Shown: piece after piece, positions 41,699-52,200 of the stretch
Position numbering within the stretch: the stretch's first letter is position 1
How the letters are laid out: each line of letters opens with the position of its first letter
Assembly: GCA_973851085.1 (NCBI GenBank)
Contig: OZ316775.1
Coordinates: 806,001-870,000 of the forward strand
DNA from: Ptychomitrium polyphyllum
Lineage: Eukaryota
DNA length: 64,000 nucleotides
Direction: 5' to 3'
Notes under the pieces: generated by a model
Seen by the model: only the letters and a program-made list of their open reading frames with translations
The model's database searches: none
Told to the model about the DNA's origin: nothing
Made by a program: the position numbers and the translations under genes

Positions 41699-43142
41699 TG
41701 GCTGGACATGCTCCAAAAAACTGTCTATACCTACTTAAAAAGTAGTAGCCCTTGATGGGCTATAACTTCATCTTCATCTGTATCCTTGGCTAAAAATTCT
41801 GAAAACAAATTCATAATCTGAATTGTACCTTCCCGTACTGTTTCAATCTCTACAATTTTTTTATCCTTATACTTCAATGACTTTTTCCTAAAATGCCGTC
41901 ACAGTCAACAAATTATGTATCACATAATCTTGAATGAAAATAGTGTGCAACTCCTAATAATTCCTCCATAATTCCGAAGAATGTCACAAACACTAACAAT
42001 ACCCATTACTTCCTCCGAAAACACCCACTTACTCCAATAAGAAAACAAAACCTTCGAAATCCACATTACAAGCTCTTGCATCCTCATATTCCTAAAGACT
42101 CATCAATAAGCTCAAGTGATCCAAGATCCAACACGTCCCCAACACCATCCTGCCCTACGTGTCATGCTGAATGCCCAAAGGTTCCTAAACACTTACAAAA
42201 CCCACAAGCGAATTTTCAGAATTTTTTTTTTATACTAATCCAACTCCGATTCCCGAAAACTCTTTGTTCATCAATACCATCAAATTGCTTTTAACATCCA
42301 CTCTCCACCAACGAATGTGCAAAGACATGTTCTAACCATTCCATATATCCAACTCTAATTTGCCTCAACTAACTTATTATCAACTGACGGCCAAAAAATA
42401 GACTTTCGCTAAAAACAACAAAGCAACCGCCAGAAAGCTGGACAACCATCACCCATCCAAATCAGGAAATACCATGCACCCCTAACACTCCCATAGAAAC
42501 AACCATCCATCCCAATAACTCGAGCACAGAAAATGAACAAGCCGCATCCAAACGCCACTCTGCTTCATAAATTAATGGGACTGCTCCCCCTTTGTGGGCA
42601 GCCCAGTCCTGTCCATCACAATGCATAATCACATGCCCTCGGCTACAAACTCCCCAGCCCACGGTGCCGGATTTCCGCCACCCTGGCCGTCAATCACTCT
42701 CAATGCTCACAGCCTCATCACAATACCACAATCCTCAACATCACCTCCTGCACCGGCAATCCATCTCAGTCGACCAACTCTAAAACAATCAAATGTGACT
42801 CGCCGCCCAACCGCGGGAAGAACCTGCCCAATCGCTCCGGTTCTTCCCTCCCCCAAGCCCAAAGTCTGTACATTCCCTCCCTCAATGCATTCTACGTTGG
42901 CCGCCTACCATCCTAGTTCGTCACCTGATCACTGCCCCAAATCTACCCCAGCTCTCCGCCTCGGGGCTCTCATCGTGGACGCCAACCATCTCGCTTGGAG
43001 TCGGTCGCCCCAAACTCGTCCTCATCGTCGCTGCTCCCTCGCTGCAAAAAAGTCACTCCGCGCCCCGATGCCCCGATCTTCACAGAGCTGAGACAAACCA
43101 TTCACCGATCCTAGCAATATATCAACACCAAACTACTCGCCA

Positions 43143-46094
43143 CTACTCCGCCACTGCCTCCAGCGCCGGCTCCAGCCAGCTCCACACCTTCACATCGCCC
43201 CGGCTGTCTCCAGAAAACACCAGATGGTTCGGCCCCACTTGCAGCGCCCGCACCTCCTCTCGAGAAAACAGCTGCCCACGCTCCGTGAACCTGCAAGACT
43301 CGACCTCGTCACTTTCCATCCATATCAACCACCTAAACCTCACCTCCAAACAACTCCTACACCCAATAACAAAACCCCTGCAACAATAACGCCTAGGCAC
43401 GTAGCTTCACCAAAAACAACCTAATGGAACAGGCCCCTTCTTCCAAGTCCCTCTGCATTCACTAGAGGACCTCGTCCGCAGCAAAACCTCCATCTACAAA
43501 ACATCACCCCACCCCTAACCAAACTCAAACAGAAACGCCCACATACGTCGGTAGGTCGTAAAGCCGCACGCTGTTGTCATTGTACGAGCACAGGAGCACT
43601 GGTTTCCCGCCTCTGTCCGTGCACCCACACATCTTCAACGCCCCTGCCAGAGTCACCTGCACACCCCGCCCGGTCCCCGCAACTGTCAGATCACTGCTCC
43701 TCTCCGACTCCGCTCCACCAACTTATCAAACAAAAGCAGCACGTGGGTCCTCCCACGGCCACAACCAAATTTACAGTAACCCAAGCACACGACCCAACAC
43801 TCACATTGCGCGAGTCCGCCTGGTGCTCCTCCTCAGGATGTGAGAACGTCAGCTCCAGCTGACCCGCTGTATTCAATGCCCATATCTGCAACCACCCCAG
43901 TGCAAGCCCTGTCAGTCACATCCAGCCCCAAGCCCACCAACTCGCAAACCTCACTACTACCTCTTGATCCCAGCTCCATTGCACTCGTCCACCACACCCG
44001 AGCACCGATTCAAGCCTTACTACGCAACACAAAGTGCAGATGCCGCTTCAAACACGCCGAAACTGGCGCCAAAGCCTCCACGCTTACCTTCACCGTGCCA
44101 TCCAAAGAGCACGACAGCAGGAACGAGTCCCAGCAGAGAAGATCCATCACCACGTTCGTATGCCCCTCCAGCGTCTGCACGCACTGTACGCTTGCAATCT
44201 CCCACACCTGTCCATCACCATCATCCACCCTTTCAGCGTCCGTCTCCGCTTCTGGGATCCTACTGCACTACCATCACCACACCCGCAGCCCCAACCACCC
44301 ACCACATATCCAATGCCACATGTGCCCGAGAACCTAACATCCGTGCCCACTGGCCCGACCATCCAACCGCTCCACATCCCGGCCTTCCAGGTACAAAACC
44401 GAGCAAGCACGCAGAGCACGGCCCCGCACCACCACCACGCCTCATGACCCACTCACCCGTATCGTGCTGTCCATAGAACCGGAGTACAACCGACTCGCAA
44501 TCAGCATCAGCGTCACCACAGGCCCCGTGTGCCCGGACATCGATGCCGCTGGCTCGAACTGGTTCGTCACCGTGCTGAATTGCCACACCAATATCGTTCC
44601 GTCCTGCTCACCCACACCACACAATCACAAACACCCCACGTCAACACACCGATCCGCCACGCCCATTCTCCGCGTCCATCCACATCTGGCATCCGTCATA
44701 AATGCACTCCACGCCATCCCGAGACGCACCCGCCTCTCAACCCTGGCTCACATTCACACTCCCTCCACGCTGCCCCCGCCGCACACACCACAACCGCTAC
44801 CAACCCGCACACCCTACGTATCCACATCGACCGACCAATCACCACTGCTCACCTGAGTACCCGCAAACAAAAGCCCCTCCTCCGTCACCGCCAGCGCGTG
44901 CACCTGCCCCTTCGGCCCGCTCAGACTCTGCTGTTGCAGTGTCGACATGTTCCACACCTGCCCATCTCACATTCCACCACTTCAGATATCACCCTCCGCC
45001 AACCCATCCTCACGACCCATCCTCGCCGTTCACGCCTAACCCTAAGTCGCACAACCATCGACATTCCATCCTAACCCTCACCACTCCATCACTCCATCAC
45101 TTCCATGCCTCGCTGTGCCCAACATGCATCCCCAATCCATCTCTCCTCCGAAAGAATACCACTCCATGCCCAATGCCCCACAGCCACCAGCTGCAGTCAT
45201 CATCAAAATTGCATCCCGTTCCGCGACCACCGCGAATCACACTAGCACCAAGCTCGGAGCTTTGACCCTCACCTTCACCTCGTTCGGCAGCCCCACGAAC
45301 AGCCACCCCGCCGCGTATATCAGCGCGCCCACATCCCCGCCCATCGGCGCCACGTTCGTGCACACCCCCGTCGCGCAGTCCCACACGCGCACCGACTCGT
45401 CCTGGCTCCCCGTGTACAGCTGCGTGTGCCCCTCCGGCAGCACGATCGCCCGGATCGCCTTCTCGTGCCCCACCAGCCGCGTCTTCATCTCCACGTCCGG
45501 GGCCGTCGTGTGCGCGTGAAGGAAGTTGCAGCCATCGCCGCGCTTGCAGTTGCCCTCCAGCCAGAACGTGCACGGCTTCTGCTTCGGCGCGTGCGCCCGC
45601 GCACCCCCACCTCCCCCCGCAGCATTGCCGCCCTCGCTGTGAACCCGACCGTCCCTCTGGCCCCGGCCCCCGCCGCGCCTGCCCCACCTCGCCGACGCGT
45701 TCCGCGGCCGCTGCGCATGCTGCTGCTGGCCGCTGCTCCCGCTCGAGAACCCGCCCCCGCCGTAGCCCCCCCACCCGCCCTGCGCGCTGTGGCTCTGCTG
45801 CTCTCGCGCGCGTCCTTGCCCATGGTCCCGGATGTCATTGCGAGCATCGTACGCGGAGTTGGCCTGGCGCTTGCCGTTGCCGGCGGAGCTCCCGCGCCCC
45901 GTCGTGCCCACGCTCCCCGGATGCAGCCACTGGCAGTCCTCGCCCTTGTAGCACCGCCCCTCCTGCCAGAACCGGCACACCTGCTGGCTGCTCCCGTGCG
46001 ATCGCCCCGCGCTGCCTGCGCTGTGGCCCGAGCGCGAGTAGTTGCGCTTGCTGCCCACGCGCGCCGGCCCGTCGTCCACCTCCATCCCCGCCAT
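43143..46094 (-). CDS. ZFWD: CCCH zinc finger + WD40 repeat protein (ZFWD family), copy A, ~510 aa, 7 exons
   Basis: Mirror of copy B. Exons 46094-45273, 44957-44853, 44603-44457, 44207-44088, 43885-43805, 43656-43547 and 43290-43143. Confidence 0.92.
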
Positions 46095-46595
46095 CACGCC
46101 CTCCCCCCTACCCTAATCCGCACAGCATGCCCTCCCTCGTCCCCGACCAAACCCTCCTTCAAAATCCACCTCCCGGCCTCCAGCTTCGGCACACAATCTG
46201 ATCAATCACAACAAAACAATCTGCTGCGTCGCGCAGCGAACGAGTTCCCCCTAACTGAGGCACAGAGGAGTTGTCGTCTCCTGCTTGCCGTGCCTCGCCT
46301 GCTCGTCGGAGGCACGACAAAGATTAAAAAGACACCCCTGCCCCCCAAAGCACCAGCAATCTATGCACAATAATCGCCCTCCTCGTCCGCCAATGACAGC
46401 ATGGACGGCATTGCGCGGAGCTCGAATCCCAGCAAGTCCACGGGCCTCACTGCCTCAACGCTGGGATCTCTCGGGGACGAAGCTTCGGCGCTGCATCGTC
46501 GTCGCCCTCGCGCGCCTGCGGAAGCTGCGACCGGACATGTCCTATGTAGAGTCACCAAACTTCTCCGGACCAACTCCGGAGTCCCGTCTATGCTA

Positions 46596-46604
46596 AAACC
46601 CTAA
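46596..46604 (+). promoter_or_regulatory. Telo-box AAACCCTAA upstream of ZFWD (mirrored at ~48020-48028)
   Basis: Exact motif ~500 bp upstream of the ATG in each arm; a site-II-like TGGGCC lies at ~47835. Function is not demonstrated. Confidence 0.35.
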
Positions 46605-47000
46605 TCGCCACTCCGAGCCTCGTCTCACTAATCCCTGCCTCCTCGTGTGCCGTACGACTAGTGTTCTATACCGCCCCCGAGTGCCACTCTGGACAGACTC
46701 CATCGGGACTCCGGCTCTCTGTCTTCACCTTCTCCACTTCTCGTCCCGACTCCGGCCCCCGAGCGAAGGGATCCAACCACCACGGCCCAGTTGGTCTGCA
46801 GTAAGTTCAGTGGTCGCAGTGGTCGCTCTCCCTTGTGTTCCGTATACCGTATTGTACGTCAGCAGCGGTCTAGAAACTTGCAGCACTTTCTGATTGGGAG
46901 TCACGTCATACTGTATTTTAATCCTTCCCAGTTCTTCAGAACCCAAATATCACTCCATTTAGTGCTGCAAGCATATTGGTGTTGTCCGAGAAAGCTAGTT

Positions 47001-47764
47001 CTCAAGGTTGTTACGGTAGGAACTTAGTGTGTTTACTTCTGGATCAACTATGAAGTTTTCGGAGTGTGTCTTCATTCTCGTTGACTTACATTTACGTGTT
47101 TACTTATTAAATCCTAAGATTTAAAGTAACACATTGAAGTGATTAAACTTGTAAGACATTTAAACGTCAGGTCCATAGTCAATCCTTAATTTAAGAACTT
47201 TTACTATATCGGAGAATATATTGAGGCTGCGTTTTAATATAGGAATTGAGTTCGCAATTTAATATCTTTTACAATAATGGCATGCTTGATATTCTCAGTA
47301 ATTGTAAATCACTGAGTAATAGACCGCTGCTGNNNNNNNNNNNNNNNNNNNNNNNNNNNNNNNNNNNNNNNNNNNNNNNNNNNNNNNNNNNNNNNNNNNN
47401 NNNNNNNNNNNNNNNNNNNNNNNNNNNNNNNNCTCAAGGTTGTTACGGTAGGAACTTAGTGTGTTTACTTCTGGATCAACTATGAAGTTTTCGGAGTGTG
47501 TCTTCATTCTCGTTGACTTACATTTACGTGTTTACTTATTAAATCCTAAGATTTAAAGTAACACATTGAAGTGATTAAACTTGTAAGACATTTAAACGTC
47601 AGGTCCATAGTCAATCCTTAATTTAAGAACTTTTACTATATCGGAGAATATATTGAGGCTGCGTTTTAATATAGGAATTGAGTTCGCAATTTAATATCTT
47701 TTACAATAATGGCATGCTTGATATTCTCAGTAATTGTAAATCACTGAGTAATAGACCGCTGCTG
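47001..47764. other. 100-N scaffold gap (47333-47432) flanked by an identical 332 bp direct repeat: unmerged contig overlap
   Basis: 47001-47332 matches 47433-47764. One copy ends exactly at the gap and the other starts exactly after it. Confidence 0.9.
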
Positions 47765-50700
47765 ACGTACAATACGGTATACGGAACACAAGGGAGAGCG
47801 ACCACTGCGACCACTGAACTTACTGCAGACCAACTGGGCCGTGGTGGTTGGATCCCTTCGCTCGGGGGCCGGAGTCGGGACGAGAAGTGGAGAAGGTGAA
47901 GACAGAGAGCCGGAGTCCCGATGGAGTCTGTCCAGAGTGGCACTCGGGGGCGGTATAGAACACTAGTCGTACGGCACACGAGGAGGCAGGGATTAGTGAG
48001 ACGAGGCTCGGAGTGGCGATTAGGGTTTTAGCATAGACGGGACTCCGGAGTTGGTCCGGAGAAGTTTGGTGACTCTACATAGGACATGTCCGGTCGCAGC
48101 TTCCGCAGGCGCGCGAGGGCGACGACGATGCAGCGCCGAAGCTTCGTCCCCGAGAGATCCCAGCGTTGAGGCAGTGAGGCCCGTGGACTTGCTGGGATTC
48201 GAGCTCCGCGCAATGCCGTCCATGCTGTCATTGGCGGACGAGGAGGGCGATTATTGTGCATAGATTGCTGGTGCTTTGGGGGGCAGGGGTGTCTTTTTAA
48301 TCTTTGTCGTGCCTCCGACGAGCAGGCGAGGCACGGCAAGCAGGAGACGACAACTCCTCTGTGCCTCAGTTAGGGGGAACTCGTTCGCTGCGCGACGCAG
48401 CAGATTGTTTTGTTGTGATTGATCAGATTGTGTGCCGAAGCTGGAGGCCGGGAGGTGGATTTTGAAGGAGGGTTTGGTCGGGGACGAGGGAGGGCATGCT
48501 GTGCGGATTAGGGTAGGGGGGAGGGCGTGATGGCGGGGATGGAGGTGGACGACGGGCCGGCGCGCGTGGGCAGCAAGCGCAACTACTCGCGCTCGGGCCA
48601 CAGCGCAGGCAGCGCGGGGCGATCGCACGGGAGCAGCCAGCAGGTGTGCCGGTTCTGGCAGGAGGGGCGGTGCTACAAGGGCGAGGACTGCCAGTGGCTG
48701 CATCCGGGGAGCGTGGGCACGACGGGGCGCGGGAGCTCCGCCGGCAACGGCAAGCGCCAGGCCAACTCCGCGTACGATGCTCGCAATGACATCCGGGACC
48801 ATGGGCAAGGACGCGCGCGAGAGCAGCAGAGCCACAGCGCGCAGGGCGGGTGGGGGGGCTACGGCGGGGGCGGGTTCTCGAGCGGGAGCAGCGGCCAGCA
48901 GCAGCATGCGCAGCGGCCGCGGAACGCGTCGGCGAGGTGGGGCAGGCGCGGCGGGGGCCGGGGCCAGAGGGACGGTCGGGTTCACAGCGAGGGCGGCAAT
49001 GCTGCGGGGGGAGGTGGGGGTGCGCGGGCGCACGCGCCGAAGCAGAAGCCGTGCACGTTCTGGCTGGAGGGCAACTGCAAGCGCGGCGATGGCTGCAACT
49101 TCCTTCACGCGCACACGACGGCCCCGGACGTGGAGATGAAGACGCGGCTGGTGGGGCACGAGAAGGCGATCCGGGCGATCGTGCTGCCGGAGGGGCACAC
49201 GCAGCTGTACACGGGGAGCCAGGACGAGTCGGTGCGCGTGTGGGACTGCGCGACGGGGGTGTGCACGAACGTGGCGCCGATGGGCGGGGATGTGGGCGCG
49301 CTGATATACGCGGCGGGGTGGCTGTTCGTGGGGCTGCCGAACGAGGTGAAGGTGAGGGTCAAAGCTCCGAGCTTGGTGCTAGTGTGATTCGCGGTGGTCG
49401 CGGAACGGGATGCAATTTTGATGATGACTGCAGCTGGTGGCTGTGGGGCATTGGGCATGGAGTGGTATTCTTTCGGAGGAGAGATGGATTGGGGATGCAT
49501 GTTGGGCACAGCGAGGCATGGAAGTGATGGAGTGATGGAGTGGTGAGGGTTAGGATGGAATGTCGATGGTTGTGCGACTTAGGGTTAGGCGTGAACGGCG
49601 AGGATGGGTCGTGAGGATGGGTTGGCGGAGGGTGATATCTGAAGTGGTGGAATGTGAGATGGGCAGGTGTGGAACATGTCGACACTGCAACAGCAGAGTC
49701 TGAGCGGGCCGAAGGGGCAGGTGCACGCGCTGGCGGTGACGGAGGAGGGGCTTTTGTTTGCGGGTACTCAGGTGAGCAGTGGTGATTGGTCGGTCGATGT
49801 GGATACGTAGGGTGTGCGGGTTGGTAGCGGTTGTGGTGTGTGCGGCGGGGGCAGCGTGGAGGGAGTGTGAATGTGAGCCAGGGTTGAGAGGCGGGTGCGT
49901 CTCGGGATGGCGTGGAGTGCATTTATGACGGATGCCAGATGTGGATGGACGCGGAGAATGGGCGTGGCGGATCGGTGTGTTGACGTGGGGTGTTTGTGAT
50001 TGTGTGGTGTGGGTGAGCAGGACGGAACGATATTGGTGTGGCAATTCAGCACGGTGACGAACCAGTTCGAGCCAGCGGCATCGATGTCCGGGCACACGGG
50101 GCCTGTGGTGACGCTGATGCTGATTGCGAGTCGGTTGTACTCCGGTTCTATGGACAGCACGATACGGGTGAGTGGGTCATGAGGCGTGGTGGTGGTGCGG
50201 GGCCGTGCTCTGCGTGCTTGCTCGGTTTTGTACCTGGAAGGCCGGGATGTGGAGCGGTTGGATGGTCGGGCCAGTGGGCACGGATGTTAGGTTCTCGGGC
50301 ACATGTGGCATTGGATATGTGGTGGGTGGTTGGGGCTGCGGGTGTGGTGATGGTAGTGCAGTAGGATCCCAGAAGCGGAGACGGACGCTGAAAGGGTGGA
50401 TGATGGTGATGGACAGGTGTGGGAGATTGCAAGCGTACAGTGCGTGCAGACGCTGGAGGGGCATACGAACGTGGTGATGGATCTTCTCTGCTGGGACTCG
50501 TTCCTGCTGTCGTGCTCTTTGGATGGCACGGTGAAGGTAAGCGTGGAGGCTTTGGCGCCAGTTTCGGCGTGTTTGAAGCGGCATCTGCACTTTGTGTTGC
50601 GTAGTAAGGCTTGAATCGGTGCTCGGGTGTGGTGGACGAGTGCAATGGAGCTGGGATCAAGAGGTAGTAGTGAGGTTTGCGAGTTGGTGGGCTTGGGGCT

Positions 50701-52200
50701 GGATGTGACTGACAGGGCTTGCACTGGGGTGGTTGCAGATATGGGCATTGAATACAGCGGGTCAGCTGGAGCTGACGTTCTCACATCCTGAGGAGGAGCA
50801 CCAGGCGGACTCGCGCAATGTGAGTGTTGGGTCGTGTGCTTGGGTTACTGTAAATTTGGTTGTGGCCGTGGGAGGACCCACGTGCTGCTTTTGTTTGATA
50901 AGTTGGTGGAGCGGAGTCGGAGAGGAGCAGTGATCTGACAGTTGCGGGGACCGGGCGGGGTGTGCAGGTGACTCTGGCAGGGGCGTTGAAGATGTGTGGG
51001 TGCACGGACAGAGGCGGGAAACCAGTGCTCCTGTGCTCGTACAATGACAACAGCGTGCGGCTTTACGACCTACCGACGTATGTGGGCGTTTCTGTTTGAG
51101 TTTGGTTAGGGGTGGGGTGATGTTTTGTAGATGGAGGTTTTGCTGCGGACGAGGTCCTCTAGTGAATGCAGAGGGACTTGGAAGAAGGGGCCTGTTCCAT
51201 TAGGTTGTTTTTGGTGAAGCTACGTGCCTAGGCGTTATTGTTGCAGGGGTTTTGTTATTGGGTGTAGGAGTTGTTTGGAGGTGAGGTTTAGGTGGTTGAT
51301 ATGGATGGAAAGTGACGAGGTCGAGTCTTGCAGGTTCACGGAGCGTGGGCAGCTGTTTTCTCGAGAGGAGGTGCGGGCGCTGCAAGTGGGGCCGAACCAT
51401 CTGGTGTTTTCTGGAGACAGCCGGGGCGATGTGAAGGTGTGGAGCTGGCTGGAGCCGGCGCTGGAGGCAGTGGCGGAGTAGTGGCGAGTAGTTTGGTGTT
51501 GATATATTGCTAGGATCGGTGAATGGTTTGTCTCAGCTCTGTGAAGATCGGGGCATCGGGGCGCGGAGTGACTTTTTTGCAGCGAGGGAGCAGCGACGAT
51601 GAGGACGAGTTTGGGGCGACCGACTCCAAGCGAGATGGTTGGCGTCCACGATGAGAGCCCCGAGGCGGAGAGCTGGGGTAGATTTGGGGCAGTGATCAGG
51701 TGACGAACTAGGATGGTAGGCGGCCAACGTAGAATGCATTGAGGGAGGGAATGTACAGACTTTGGGCTTGGGGGAGGGAAGAACCGGAGCGATTGGGCAG
51801 GTTCTTCCCGCGGTTGGGCGGCGAGTCACATTTGATTGTTTTAGAGTTGGTCGACTGAGATGGATTGCCGGTGCAGGAGGTGATGTTGAGGATTGTGGTA
51901 TTGTGATGAGGCTGTGAGCATTGAGAGTGATTGACGGCCAGGGTGGCGGAAATCCGGCACCGTGGGCTGGGGAGTTTGTAGCCGAGGGCATGTGATTATG
52001 CATTGTGATGGACAGGACTGGGCTGCCCACAAAGGGGGAGCAGTCCCATTAATTTATGAAGCAGAGTGGCGTTTGGATGCGGCTTGTTCATTTTCTGTGC
52101 TCGAGTTATTGGGATGGATGGTTGTTTCTATGGGAGTGTTAGGGGTGCATGGTATTTCCTGATTTGGATGGGTGATGGTTGTCCAGCTTTCTGGTGGTTG
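47752..52200. repeat. Right arm of ~4.45 kb inverted repeat
   Basis: Reverse complement of 42424-46872. Inner edge at tagaccgctgctg (47752). Confidence 0.97.
48530..51481 (+). CDS. ZFWD: CCCH zinc finger + WD40 repeat protein (ZFWD family), copy B, ~510 aa, 7 exons
   Basis: Exons 48530-49351, 49667-49771, 50021-50167, 50417-50536, 50739-50819, 50968-51077 and 51334-51481 total 1533 nt in frame with GT-AG introns. Two C-x7-C-x5-C-x3-H fingers (CRFWQEGRCYKGEDCQWLH, CTFWLEGNCKRGDGCNFLH), a Gly/Arg-rich linker, and WD repeats (GH..YTGSQDESVRVWD, GH..YSGSMDSTIRVWE, GH..SCSLDGTVKIW, CSYNDNSVRLYDLP, SGDSRGDVKVW). Confidence 0.95.

Larger units (their letters stand above)
42424..46872. repeat. Left arm of ~4.45 kb inverted repeat
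   Basis: Reverse complement of 47752-52200; paired coordinates sum to 94624. Mirrored ORFs in the supplied track have identical translations. One mismatch seen near the outer edge (42429/52195). Confidence 0.97.

Noticed and set aside
47001..47764. 332 bp direct repeat as the LTRs of a small element
   Set aside because: No TG..CA termini or TSD, and both copies abut the N gap exactly, so a contig overlap explains it better.
42594..52030. Many Pro/His/Thr-rich or Gly/Trp-rich ORFs (e.g. 45426-46373, 44702-45265 and their mirrors)
   Set aside because: Artefacts of high GC and strand skew in the ZFWD exons and introns.
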